This document shows positions 23,519 through 37,600 of a DNA stretch of 64,000 nt, piece after piece; within the stretch, counting starts at the first letter, position 1, and every line of letters starts with the position of its first letter. The DNA is taken from NCBI GenBank assembly GCA_043228905.1, contig JBHGNT010000002.1, positions 3,596,001 to 3,660,000 of the forward strand. Reading direction: 5' to 3'. The notes under the pieces were generated by a model. That model searched no databases and was not told where the DNA came from. It saw nothing but the letters and a program-made list of their open reading frames with translations. The DNA is from Azolla caroliniana. Taxonomy: Eukaryota > Plantae > Polypodiophyta. The translations under genes and the position numbers were made by a program.

Positions 23519-26200
23519 TCACATGGCAATCAAGTTATCTACGTCATTATCCTCATCCTCCTTTTGAGAACTCTCATCACAGGTATGTGCATTGATTTCT
23601 TCACCAGTTAGCCAAGCAACAGTAGGGTCTTCTATAAGCTCATTATCAAGTCTGGTCAATTAGCTCCCCAAGTTCACCAACTAAGGGAGGAATAGGCTCA
23701 CGAGAGGCGGGTTGAAACCGTTTGGTATCAGTGATGTGCTTTGCACTGACCTCTTCATCTTGGTTTGGGCATTCCCACAAGAATTTTATCCTCGTATTAA
23801 TAAAGATCACTTGCTCCTCATCCTTCTCCAATGCAATAGTATTTCAGAAGAGGTTCGTGGTGCACGCAGACATAGTACCTATAATCAAAGTGACGGTTAG
23901 CCAACCCTTAAAATGTCTTTTGATTACTTGAGCAACAACAACCCAGTTTGAAGGATACCCGTGCCAGAGAACAAGTCTAAAATCCAATCTCCTTCATTGG
24001 AAAACATTTCGATCAAGCGCATCATAAGTCGTTGAGGTTTTTGGTATGGATTGACAAGTCCCCATTCTGTGGTGGTGACATGTCGCAATTTATGTATAAC
24101 TGCTTGATACACAAGCAAATTTGAACCTCCAACCTCGTTAGAGTGCTGCTTGATCCTTTGTGTCTTTATTTCATCAAAATAACCAACTCTCATGTACTTA
24201 ATTGTGTTTACGAATGAAAAGACGGTTCTCTATTCACGTTGGGTTTTATCCTGTCAATCACAAGTGAGTTATCAACACAATTCAATAGATATAAAGAAAT
24301 AATAAATGTATCATGCAAGCTAATGCCGACTATTATTAGATAATCCTTACCCAGCAAGGTTCTTGATGCCATGGCAATGAGATCTCAACGCTTGAGCCAT
24401 AGAGTACCCTTGGTCCATGCTGTGAAACGCGACAATTCGCCACAAGGATGTGGTGGTCAACTCCACAAAATCTTTCACCATTTTTTCGAACTGTTTGAAC
24501 TGAAATAGTTCATCGTCATATGATGATCTTGTCATACGAAAGCCATAAGGTATATCGGCAATGAGCAATGTGTAGTCTTTCTTTGGCACTTTTTGGATCA
24601 TCTCAGCCACATCCCCACAGAGTACATTGTAGTACAAGTCTCTAGTTATATCCTTCTTGTGACTGAATTTCTTGAAAGTTTCGTCCTCTTCAACATCGTA
24701 CGCCTTCACTAAGCGCCGATCCTTTGCTTTTCTGGCTCTTTCAAGGTGTGCAAGGAAGGGCGTTAGAAAGTCATGTATATCCTTGACTTCTCATGGTTTC
24801 TTGCCACGACAAGGTTTCTAATAGAAGCAAACAAAAAATATCAATCATTAATACCGAAACATATATAATAATAGAAAGCCAAATCAACAAAAAAATACTA
24901 ACCCAATCCTGGAATGCAATAAAATATTCTGATAACGCCTCATACAAAGACGTCAACTGATAATCTTTAGTCACTTGTTCCCATGACATACATCCAAATT
25001 GCTTCATCATAACTTCAGATTGGATCTTCATATATACCTTATGATTGTAAAATCAATCAGAGGCGTTAGAGCTTTGGATATACCGATAACACTTATAGTT
25101 TAATAAATTGATAAGACTTACTTGTTGAACTCTATGACCATCTCTTCTAAGCTTAATTCCTTGGCCATGACCCTTGACAATATGGAAACAAGGAGTTGCT
25201 CATCTTTTGTACCTTGCATTGCTCTCCACAATGACAACTTCATGTCATCAGTTGCTTCTTCAATGGTTAGGTCGATTTTCTTGGTCTTTGTTGATTTCAA
25301 TTCCAGTTGGGAGTCCACTTTAGATTTCTTTTGCCTTTGTCCCTTGACCTCCTTATTCTCCCACATTGTAAATATTTGATCATGGAGATCCCAAACTTCC
25401 CCATCTCTAAATGCTAGTTGAAACAAAGACTCGTATTTGCGCAGGCCTTCTGACTTACATTATCATCCACGACTATGCCAACCTCATGAAGACATTGACG
25501 TCTAAGTCTAGGGTGTAGGTTTGGACCAAATTTCTGTCTGATGTCTGAATATTCATGATGGAAGAATCGTATACGTTTAATGGATGACATTTTTTGCTTA
25601 TAGTCGTTATCATTATTATGGTTCCATGCCAACAATTTTGCCTCTTCTGTTGTCAAGCCCACATAAATTTTACATTCTGCATACTTGAAGAAAAAGGTAG
25701 TAGGATGTTCTCTAGTTGCCTTCGTGCTTCGGCTGAATGTGACCCACCAATAACAAAGTAACTCTATTGGCCATGCTTCCTAACATCAAATTCTTCAACA
25801 GAAGCACATTCATCCAGATAAACTGTTACTATGAATGGCACCACTATGTTGTGAGGATTAATCTTCATTTTCTTCTTCAAATTTTATATGTGCATTTTGT
25901 GCAGCTCCCTTATTTGAAGTGGTCTTCGTCCTATTTTAACATCTATGGGTGGCCTATGGATGTGAGTGATAGGGAGGTTAAACACTTGACCTTTTCGCAC
26001 AAGCTTCTTTTGCATGATATCTCTTCAAATTTTATTTTGTTTAGAAGATAAAACACCATATGCTAGTTCAACTCCTAGTGTAACCCGAGTTTCTTCATCA
26101 TCAGTTGGAGTTGAAGATTCACACTCAGACATTTTAGTGCCCTTCTCTTGGCCGGCCTTGACTGGACAACAACCTTTTTCTATGATGGCGAGGTATCTCT
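23519..26200 (-). pseudogene. Intron-containing ParB-like domain + N4/N6 DNA methyltransferase (beta class) fusion gene, disrupted
   Basis: Manual translation: N-terminal LPITHIHRP..LQIRE..PFIV..YFVIGGSHSAEARRQL..LTTEEAKLLAWNHN; then LCGDV..LLIADIPYG, xIKPN, NPYQKPQRLMMRLIEMFSNEGDWILDLFSGTG/TMSAC..NTIALEKD. GT-AG introns at 25038-25121, 24818-24902, 24251-24350, 23879-23958. Several premature stops and frameshifts. Confidence 0.88.
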
Positions 26201-26209
26201 TAAGGTTAC

Positions 26210-27448
26210 TGTTAGGATATGTCCCTCCTATGGGAGGAGCCGACTATTCGGTTGAGCAAGAGCCGACAATCGAAGACAAGGAGTAGCCGATTGGTCATGC
26301 TAAGAGCCGATAGTCGAAGACACGGAGAGTCGACTGAGAGAGAGTCGAAGTGGAGAATCAAAGAGAGTCAATAGTAGATGATCCAAGTCGAAGACAAGAC
26401 CGACTGGTCAGGCGGACCGGATGGTCGACGACAAGGCTGATTAGTTAGGCCGACTGGACAGTCGATCGATACATTGTATCGAGTTGGCATATAAAAAGGG
26501 AGACTTTATACACCAACTCGATACAATGGAGTTGGCGTCTAAAATGAAAAACTTTAAACCCCAACTCGATACATTGTATCGAGATAGCGTGGAAACTTTC
26601 CACACTACCTCGATGCTCTGCACCAAGTAAGAGGCTGGTGGTTAATGTTCGTACAGTCTAGGGAGCATGCTCGGATTCAGAATGGTTCGTTTTCTTGCTC
26701 AACATGGTGTTTGTTGACATACAAGGTAAGCTTGAGGATCGTGAGATGGTCGTGAAGGTTGGTTGCATGCTCCATGCATTCGGTGTGCTCCTCAAAATGA
26801 GGAGGCTGAGCTATTTATAGGGAACTTTGACCATGGTTTTGTTGGGAAAACAAGTCCCTACGGATGGGAAGAAGAGAACGAACCGAATCAGATGGAATCA
26901 ATGGGTGATTCGGCCAAGGCCAAAATTGGAAATTGGAAATCGATAATCGAATAATTGATTTAATAGCCGATTCGTGAGACTATATTTGTAAATCGTCTTA
27001 ATGTGCTCCTTGTGGGGCTATATTTGTAAATAGCCTAGAAAGTTGTATTAGTATAAATACAACTAGGGAAAACGTTATAAAGTGTGTAGTGAATCATTAG
27101 TGTACTTTATTATAGTTGTATAGTTACTGACAAGGTCATTGCCTCTATAACTGTGTGTGAGAGACAGAGAGAGAGTGAGAGTCAGTGAATGTCTACTCTG
27201 TAACCGTCTGTCTGTCAGATGAAGAAGATCAAAGTTTCTTATTGTACTTCCTCTCGACATAGTGATTAAATAGTTTGAAGTTTGTGAACTCCAAGTGGTT
27301 TTTGGTTTTTTCCACGTAAAAATTCTTGTGCCTCCGTATTTTTTTCGTTACTGTTCTTCGTTTTTCTGTCTGAGCATTGTCTTACTCGCTTTCTCTGAAC
27401 CCGAATACGTAGATGAGAAACCGGTTGTGGTCGGTTATGATCCTAACA
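26210..27448 (+). mobile_element. Solo LTR (copia-associated family) in the 5' part of the methyltransferase gene
   Basis: TGTTAGGAT...ATCCTAACA termini, TATAAATA at ~27052; 5' end matches the reverse complement of the LTR end at ~48235-48269. No clean TSD. Confidence 0.75.
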
Positions 27449-28174
27449 GGTTTAGGTGACTTAACTGTAGTTAATAAGCGGTGAGGTATAGTTAGTTAGT
27501 TAGTTACACTTCTTAAGTGAAATAAAGGCAAGGTACTCAGAGTTAGTTATGTACTTGTAAGATTTAATATATGTACTTACAAGTGCACGTTAGTTAGGTA
27601 CTAGTAGTGTTCAATATATGTACTTACAAGTGCAAGTTAGTTAGGTACTAGTAATGTTTAAAAATAATTAATGTATACCTTTATATTTATATATAATATT
27701 TACTATTTGTGTGAAAAATTAGGTAATTAAGCAAGGGTTAATTAGTACCTAATTATGTGATTAAGTTAACCAGCTGAAGGTTATGTGATATGTGTGTGTA
27801 TGTGTGTGAGAGGAAGAGAGAGAGGAAGATATACTTATGAAAAATAATGTAAATGGGGGATGATTAACAAGAGTGTAGCTAAAGACCTTTCCTCTATATT
27901 AATTAACATCATCAAATACAAAAATACCCACAATGAGGTATATATACATCTCATGTGCAAAGGTGCACATGTGTGAGTGGAATATAGGTATAAAGGTGTA
28001 AGTCCTATATTAAATGAACATGGGAGTGGAGGATCTACAATGTATCCCACTCAAGTACAAAATCCTATTTAAGGCTTTAAGGTCAACACACCAACTAGAT
28101 TTTACCTAGGTAACTACTAAGTTACCTGTGTTGACTAACTAACGAAATCTAGTTGAGTTTGATACCTCAACAAT

Positions 28175-28747
28175 TTGATATACATGATTTATAATATAAG
28201 GAAGCTTATGAACATTTACACAAATATATTTGTTCTAAGCTCTATTTTGAACAAGAGAGAAACATATAGAGAGACTTTTGGGATTGTAGGTATGGGTCAA
28301 AACTCATTATTTTCCATATACGAGTATTCTTTATCAAAAGGGTCACCTTTCTTAGTGGAGGAATATTTTGCGGACCTAACTTCTCCTCTAACTCCAAGGA
28401 ATATCGAGCCATCTCAAGAGTTCTCTATCGAAGAGTATGACTACAATGATGATACAGACTGTGAAGGAAAGACCAATCAAATGTCCAAAGAGATTGAGGG
28501 TCAGGCACACAACAACATTCTTGTCTCCAATGTGGGTACAATTGTTTATGGGCAAGATAACAAATCATCAAGCCCTATGAAAATTGGGGGAATTCCACAT
28601 AGAATACAATGAACGAGGTTAGTGACATCAGATAAGCAACTCAAATTAGATGTCAACAAATCATGTTGTGCTCATGGTTGCATGTCCATGCTTGGAAAAG
28701 ATAAGTTCCGTGAATTAAGGCGTTACTATCTGACTTTTAACACACAC
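28175..28747 (+). pseudogene. Truncated ORF with CC-x3-C motif, possibly a transposase-like N-terminus
   Basis: Reading through the TGA at 28610-28612 gives ..LDVNKSCCAHGCMSMLGKDKFRELRRYYLTF up to the gypsy insertion. Confidence 0.35.
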
Positions 28748-29235
28748 TGTTACCGACCGGCAAAGGAGTCCAGAGTGGGAAACGGAGAGTTATTTAAGTA
28801 ATAGGAATGTGGTTGTAATTAAGCTATGAGTGTGGATGGACGGACCGGAATAGGTATGCCGTTCCGGATTCGGACCGATCCCGAACAGGTGCGGATGGCA
28901 CCGTTTTGTAATACAGATCGGAAACCTATTTAAAGGCCCGGATACAATGTAATCAATAACGGTTAATTAATGAAAGCTTAGCGTTGTTATCTCTCTGTGT
29001 TAATTGCCGTTCTGTCTTAATTGTTATATCTTACGCGTGTGATTATGAAAGACGATCATGCTTAGTAACTTAATTAAGCCGGAGTAAGTGTTGAGTCTAA
29101 TCCGGTTGCCGTAACACCCTTTGGTGAAGTGTCTTCCGTAGACACCCTGTGTTAGGCCATTGTCTGGCCCTAAGAGTTAACACAGTTTTTGGCGACCACG
29201 ATTCCTGCTTTTGCAGCGAATGACGGCACGGATGG

Positions 29236-32200
29236 ATGTCTAGATCAACACACGACCTGGTTACAGATCGAACTCGACGCCTTGCCGAAAGGCAAAGGAG
29301 ACGCGAGGCTTTCCAGCAAGCGGCGCAGGAAATTAGAGCGGATCGCTCGTTTTCAATCGTAATCCGGAGAGTAGCGGAGGACTCCCTCTGGTTACAGCAA
29401 ACATCGCACCCGGACGACGGCAGCAGCCTAAGCAGCCTCTGGGAAACCGAATCCCTTCTCCACGCGTTGGCAAACGGAGAAGGCGAAGCAGAAGCCTTTT
29501 CATCATAAGAATCAGACTCCGAAGGGGAATACAGCGTGCACAGGAACTACCGTAGCAACAACGAAACCCCGGGCAGACCAGAGGACAAAGGATCGGATAC
29601 CTTACCGACACCGGAACCAGAAGTGCTAACGCTGGAACCCCCAGAACCAGCAGAGGAAGAGCGACCTCCGAAACCGGAAGTCGAAGAGGAGAGGCCTCCG
29701 TCACCAAAAGAAGAGGAAAGACCACCGACGCCGGAGAAAATTCCGGAACGAGCACCAACACTGCCAGCCCGCGCACCGATACCAGACGACGACATGTCGT
29801 TCCAGTACTCTAAGTATAGAGAAGATCGAGACGCGGAAGCTCATGTGCACGCCTTTGAACAAACATGGGAAGCCAACCATGTGTCACAGCGATTTACCTC
29901 GAATGAAGAAGAACGCTCTAAGATAGCGGAATTTGGCGTCACATTGAAGGGACTGACAGCACGATGGCGCCGGACGCAGGACCCATCGACCATCAACACC
30001 TTTGCAGATTTAAAAGCTAAATTCTTGCATTTTATTCAAAAGGAGGTGGACCAGACCGTAATGGTAGGCTTATTTTATACCATCCGACAGGAGGCAGGGG
30101 AGAGCATTCCCCAATTTGTCATCCGGTTTCAACGGATGCATAGTCAGCTTGCCCGCGCACCCCCGGAGGAGGAATTACGGACTATATTCCTAAACGCGCT
30201 CCGGGAACCCCTACGCACGGTTTGCACGGTAATCGACTTCCGCACAAGTACCATCGACCAGGTCATTGAACGGGTGAGAGAGATGGAAAAGACAAGCTCC
30301 TGGCTCACACTGGGAGCACTCCAACGGGCGTTACCGTCCGATGAAGACCTCCGGTTTCGGCAAGCAATACAGTGCACCAACACTGCCAGCCCGCGCACCG
30401 ATACCAGGCGACGACATGTCGTTCCAGTACTCTAAGTATAGAGAAGATCCAGACGCGGAAGCTCATGTGCACGCCTTTGAACAAACATGGGAAGCCAACC
30501 ATGTGTCACAGCGATTTACCTCGAATGAAGAAGAACGCTCTAAGATAGCGGAATTTGGCGTCACATTGAAGGGACTGACAGCACGATGGCGCCGGACGCA
30601 GGACCCATCGACCATCAACACCTTTGCAGATTTATTTTATTCAAAAGGAGGTGGACCAGACCGTAATGGTAGGCTTATTTTATACCATCCGACAGGAGGC
30701 AGGGGAGAGCATTCCCCAATTTGTCATCCGGTTTCAACGGATGCATAGTCAGCTTGCCCGCGCACCCCCGGAGGAGGAATTACGGACTATATTCCTAAAC
30801 GCGCTCCGGGAACCCCTACGCACGGTTTGCACGGTAATCGACTTCCGCACAAGTACCATCGACCAGGTCATTGAACGGGTGAGAGAGATGGAAAAGACAA
30901 GCTCCTGGCTCACACTGGGAGCACTCCAACGGGCGTTACCGTCCGATGAAGACCTCCGGTTTCGGCAAGCAATACAGTGCACAACCTGCTTGAATTCTGG
31001 ACACTCGACTCTAGAATGCACTATGAGGACGCAATGTGTAATCTGTCAATCCAAGAGCCATACGAAGGATAGGTGCGAGTATAATCTGTTGAACCGGCAA
31101 GCACCACCCGTCCGACAAATTGAGCCACGCAGCAGCCAGGATGAAGAAGAGGAACGCTGGCGGCGAATGGACCACGACCGACCGGCACAGGATGTCCGGT
31201 ATGGCGATCGACGGGAGAATGATGTCCGGTACGGTGATCGGCGGGATAACTATGACCGGCATGATCGGTACCGGGATTACAATAGACGATACGAACATTA
31301 CGACCGGGAGCACTCCCCCGGGTATCGTCAGCAACGGGAGGAATACGGCAGATATAACGGGCAACCCCGTCAAGAGTACCGTAATAAGAAGAGCTATAAC
31401 AAAAAACGACATTTTAAAAAAAGCGGCTACCCCCGGGATCCGGAACCAGGAGCTCCAAGCAGCTAACCGGTACAAAACCCCGCGCGTACCGCAGGACCTG
31501 CCCCGGGTACAACAGACAATGCCGAATCTAGCAATACCCGGAAAGCCTACTGCTACTACTGTTGACAGGAAGGCCATTATAGTAACCAATGCCCGATGAA
31601 GAGCTATGAAAAACGACCGGCGGTAAACATGGTAGTCCCTGAGGTGGCAGATCTACAGTAGGGGACCACAAGGTCGAAGGGCATGGCCAAGGAATGGGAG
31701 ACTCAGGAGACCATCCGGAAACAAGCAACGGAATGGGTAAGGAAAGCAAACGAGCAGAATGTCACAGACTTACAGCGGCAAAAGGAGAACACCGTAGGGC
31801 TTGCCGATGGTAATCACTCCGAGAACGACACATGGCAGGCGTTGCAAGAATGCCGGATTACGTTGCCACTAGGAAGACTCCTACAACTCGTGCCAAGATT
31901 CACGGAAGGACTGAAAATGGCCATGACGGCAGGAGAACCATCACCGGCACCGGTACTCTTCTCGAATCCGGAGGAGGGACCAACAGTGGTGGACACCAGC
32001 AGTCCGGTAATCACTGCCATTGTAAAAGGGAAAGAACTCCCCGACACAGTTATAGACGGAGGCTCTGGGGTGAATGTAATAAGCCTCCGGATGTGTGATG
32101 CCCTAGGAATCCACGAGTGGGAGCCGTGTCCGTTCTGGTTGCGGATGGCCGATACAAGCTCAGTGCGGCCGACAGGATTAATACGGAAATTAGAAGTCAC

Positions 32201-34497
32201 CGTTGGTGGGCATACATTTCACATCTCGGCAGTAGTGCTACAATTACAGGCACAAGGCGCATACCCGCTATTACTGGGGCGGCCATGGTTGAAAACGACA
32301 CATATCAAACAGAATTGGAGGAAAAATATAATCACCTTCCCGCGAGGAAAAGCCAAGGTACGGGTACCAACACAGCCAACGACGAGCACTGGCAAGGAAT
32401 GTACACCGTTGTATGCGGAATGCGTCAACATGCTAGAAGGGTTAGCTGACGAAGAAGAAGCTCAGTACCTGCAGGAAAACCCGAGATCATACCCCTCTTT
32501 GAAATTGACATTGCCGAAGCAGTAGCACCATACTTACCGCAACCGGAAGAGGCTGAAGCAGAACCGGATAAAGACGCAATTCGGGAGTTACGGCAAGCGC
32601 AGGAAGCGTTAGTACAACCTCCGGATTGGAGTAAAGAATTTCACGTGTTCGTAGACGCCTCCGACATCGCAATCGGAAGCGTACTTATGCAGCTTACGGA
32701 GCCAAAATGGTACCGGCCAGTATACTATGCCAGCCGAAAGCTATCCCAAGCAGAACGAAACTACTCTACCACGGAACAGGAAGCCCTAGGGATGATCTAT
32801 AGTGTGACAAAGTTTCGGCATTATTTATTGGGAAGGAAGTTTTCCTTCCATGTAGATCATTCGGCACTCCTTTACCTGGTGTCCAAAGCGTCACTCACCG
32901 GCAAATTGGCCCGGTGGACCTTACTGTTACAGGAGTTCGAGTTTGAAATATTCCACCGACCCGGTATACAGCATGCCGTGGCGGATTACTTAAGCCAATT
33001 AGAGTCCGGAGAGACGGGAGACGGAGTACCAGATGAGTTTCCGGATGCAAAGCTGTTTCGAGTCACTACGGAGACGGCAGTAGATGAGACGGTGGCACAG
33101 GAAGACAAATGGCTCACAAATATGCACCAGTTGCTGAGCACAGGACTGCCTCAGGAAGAGATGAACCGGGACGAACGGAAACACCTGGCGGTGCAAAGCT
33201 GACATTTCTGCTTACTGCAAGACACACTGTACCACAAGGGCGCGGACGGCATATGGAGACGGGCGGTGCGCAGCGATGAAAAGGAACTGATACTGAGGGA
33301 AGCCCACTGCGGAGTTGCCGGAGGTCACTATGCCGGAGATGCGACGGCCAGGAAAATATGGCAAAGTGGCCTATGGTGGCCAACGACATTAAGAGATGCG
33401 GTACAATATGCAAAAGAATGTGACCTATGCCAGAGAATGGGCCAGCCAACGGAGCAGGCTCGTATGCCACACCAGCCGGTACTACCACTCGAGCCATTCC
33501 AGAAGTGGGGGCTGGACTTTGTGGGACTGTTCAAGCCACCGGCAATGAGAATGGGTAATCGATACGTCATCGTCGCGACGGATTACTGCACGAATTGGGT
33601 GGAGGCCAAAGCATTAAGGGACAACACCGTTGCGTCAACGGCGAAGTTTCTATATGAGTACATCTGGTGCCATTACGGATGCCCAATTGAATTAATAAGC
33701 GACCAAGGGGGGCACTTTCTCGGCCAAGTAGTGGAAAGCCTTACGACATTCTATGCCGTTGTCCACAAACGGAGCACACCTTACTATCCACAAGCGAACG
33801 TTTAGCGGAATCAATGAACAAGACGCTCCAGAATATCCTCCGGAAGATCGTCAACGAAAACCGAACGGATTGGGATACAAAGCTACATAGCGCGCTTTGG
33901 GCATACCGGACGGCATACAAGACGAGCATCCGAACAACACCGTTCCGGTTAGCGTTCGGACTAGAGGAAGTAATGCCGGTGGAATTCCAAGTACCCAGCT
34001 TACGGATCCAGCTACGGGAATGGCTGAATGAGAAGGAGTCGGAGGCAATACGGTTGACAACGCTGTGTGAACTCAAGGAACAACGACTGGCCAGCATCCT
34101 GCACTTAGAATTGGAGCAATGGCGACGGAAAGCATTTGTCGACCGGCATAGGAAAGGGAACGAAAAAATGTTCGCAATCGGCAAACCGGTGTTAGTATTT
34201 CAGACCCGGATGGGCAAGATGCCAGGTAAACTACGGTTTAGATGGACCGGACCGTATTGGCTAACACGGGAGTATAATGGGTCCTACCAGTTAGGGACAC
34301 TTGCCGGCGAAGTGCTAGGCAAATGGGTCAACGGATTCCGGTTGAAGCCATATAGAGGACCGATACCTAAGAACCCATTTGAGCAGAGGACTGACACCAG
34401 TGAGGGAAACGGCAACCACCAAGACAGCAGAGAAGGCGAGCCGGTAACTGGGGAAAATGAGGCCGATAAGGGTCCGAGAGGACTAACGGACAAGTAA
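29236..34497 (+). pseudogene. gag-pol of gypsy copy 2 (gag, protease, RNase H, integrase; RT missing)
   Basis: ORFs 29536-30435, 30624-31466, 31683-32525, 32645-33202, 33266-33805, 33814-34497 match copy 1. Confidence 0.93.
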
Positions 34498-34650
34498 CGT
34501 CACACTAAATTAAATTATTGTAAAAAACAAAAAAAAAAAAACAATCATGCAAAAGCGAGGAATGAATGGATGAAAGAGCGAGGAGCGAAAAGGTACGTAG
34601 TGGGCATTTAAAGCACCACCACAGGACATAATGCTATTTTAGTACACGGC

Positions 34651-37600
34651 ATGCACACACTCGAAAAAGGCGCCAGAATGCACAGACAAAAACCACTGCG
34701 CGTAGAGACCCTTTACTTTCGCGAACCCAGGAGCACAGAAGCACCAAGACGTTGCAAGATCATAAGACGAGAACCTGCGCACAGAGAAACCCCGCCTTCT
34801 GAACTCTCTCTCTCTCAACCTCACTCTCATCACCATCCAACCTCGCCACCGCAATCCGACCTCGACACAGAAATGGACCCACAAACGCTGTCGGAAGCCG
34901 CCAAGACATGGCTAAAGCAACACGGGCTCGAGGGCTTCTTGATGATGATGGAAGTACCGCCACACAAAGAAGCCGACAAAGTGATCAAAGAAATCGACAC
35001 AGAGGTCATAACGGCAGAGGCGATTCGAGCGTTAACAAGCCTTCCGGAGGGAGGCATACTCACGATCGACAATCCAACCCCGGAGCAACTCATCAGGTAT
35101 TTTGGTGAGTACTCTCTAGCCAGCAAGGGCTACCGGACACAGGGCGGCGGAGATATACTGTTCCGCGAGATTGCTCGTGTGCTCCACGAATACGGCCACG
35201 TGTACCCTAGACCCCCTGTCATGCCGCAGAACCGGGCAGGGATGATCATCGCCACCTATGGAGGGATCAAGGTGGATTGGCCAGTATTGATCGCAAACGG
35301 GTTGTGTGCGGCGATCGAGATCGTCAGAGGCAAAGACGGCAAAGAAGGCCGAGACGGACGGAGGATATGGCACGCTGTAACGCAGTGGCTCACCTTGCTT
35401 GTGCCACCCGTCCAACCCGTCCAGTCCAAGAAGCGAGGAAGAGTGGCGGACGGCACCCCAAAGATGGCTTCCAAACGACAACAGTTGTTGGCTTCTAAGG
35501 CCAGTAAGGGAAAGGCGGCGGATGTAGAACAGGCGGCAGCCGGAAGCGCCCAACGGAGGCGCAGGAGGAACCACCGGCACGGCCCGTAAAGGTTACACTC
35601 CGCCGATCGGTGAATAAAGAAGCGGACCCCTTGGCGGCAAAACTCAATGCCGGGGCTCAGGAAGAGGAAATAGAGGAGGAGCCTACGGAGCACCTCCAGC
35701 GACGGTCGTCAGCAAGGACCGTTGAGGCAGCCGGGAAACGTTCGGAAGACTACCACGCCAAGGAAGGAAGGAAGGAACCATACTAAGACTACCACGCCAA
35801 GGAAGGAACTGGAACCGGTGCGCATGGCACCGGAATCAGAAGGCCCGGCACCACCGGGAACTCCGGCAAGTCCCATTCTGCCAGAGCCAGAAAGGTCAAT
35901 GCAGCCTCCCTCGGCCAGCCACGAAGAAGCGCAAGGGGAACCTGAATAGCAGGGTGGTCCACGGACAGAAACGGAACTGCAACTCGGCGCAACCAGGCGG
36001 GACCACCCATCTACAAGTGACCCCATCTGTCAAACCTCTGTGCAAGCACAACAAGGCACCGGTAGCCTTTGGCTCCGGTGGATAGGCGAACAGATAGCCG
36101 GAGCAGTGGGGTACATTGAGGCGGAAGAAAGAGCGCAAAGCGAACGGTTGCTCGTCACAACCGAACAACTAGAGACGGCCCGGTCCAGAATCCGGTGCCT
36201 TGAAAAAGACTTGGATCAGGTCACGACGGAGATGGCCAAAATGGCCTTAACGACAACACAGATCCATTCACCGGTGACTCCGGTAAGTGTACAGAATAAA
36301 GAAACGGATCGACCTGTACATAGCAATAAAACCCCGGCAACGGAAACTGTTCCGGCGAGAGATGCGGCGCAAGACCAGGAGCTTGCGGAATTGAGAGATG
36401 AACTTGCTGCACAAGAAGCGCTAAGGAGCCGCGCACGGGAATTGAAGACAGCGGTCGAAGCCGAATTAAAGAAGACTGCTGAGAACCTCCGCCGGGCAGA
36501 GGAGAGCCTCTGGAAAGGCCATCAAGCGTACGACCGGCTAAAGGAGGAGAAAGACAAAGTGCTGCAGGAAAAGGACAAGCTGCGGAAAACGGCGGAAACA
36601 GAGATTGAACGACTAAAGGAAGAGCTCCGCCAGTAGAAGGACCGCAAGGACCGGGCCCGTCGACAGATCAACGCACGGCTCAAGCAAAAGACAGGTGATT
36701 TTGAGCACCTGCACCGGGACTACAAACGGCTGGAAACGGAGCATAAGGAACGGATAGCCGAGCTCCAACAGGAAGTTGATCGGGCCGCGACGGCGATCGC
36801 CGACGAACGTGCGGAAAATACAAGACGCTTGGACGAGGCGGAGAAGGTCCGGATGGAGCTCCAGAGGTAGCAGCAGGAAGATAAACAAAGAGCGTCAACA
36901 GTATTGCAGAAATTACAAAGTACATATCAAAGGCAATTGACGCATTACAAGGCGCAGGCGGAAGACAACGTCAAAATCATCAAGCAACTGAAGGAGGAAC
37001 GGCAAGCAGCGGAAACCAAATCGCAATTGGGAACGAGCCGGATTCAGTCCATCCTCCGGGCATGGCTGAATCAGACAAAACACTTGATTGATGAAAGCTC
37101 CGTAAAATGGTGGACAAAGTGGGCACAAAACGCGGCGGAACTCCAGTTGCTACGGGCAGATGTGGCAAACCGGCGGAAGGAAGGAGATGATTGTTATACG
37201 TTGACTTTTGAGGACTTCATCGCCATACGGGACGAGCTGGCCGACGACTTCCAAGTCTTGGCGGATGAACAGCTGGCGCAGGTCAGGCAGCTCATAGCTC
37301 AGCTAGACGATGATAGGTTGGACGCTCAAATCCAGTTTGAAAGCTACGAGCGGTCCCGGGTTCGGGAAGAAAAAGCACGGGAAGCGGCAACGGTGAACCT
37401 TAGTGATGAGGAACCGTCGTCGGCTGAGGGTTAGTCGGGAACCAGTCAACCGGAGACCACTACGACGAAGGGAGCAACGACGGAGACGCCGGTGTCAAGG
37501 CAACAAACGGAGGAGCAGCCGCAGCAGCCATCAATGGACCCGTTGCAGCAGACATCAACAAAGCAGCAACAACAACAACAACAACAACAACCACTTCCAG

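Noticed and set aside
23519-26200. Bacterial contamination as source of the methyltransferase
   Set aside because: GT-AG introns, a plant-type LTR insertion at its 5' end and continuous plant TE flanks argue for nuclear residence.
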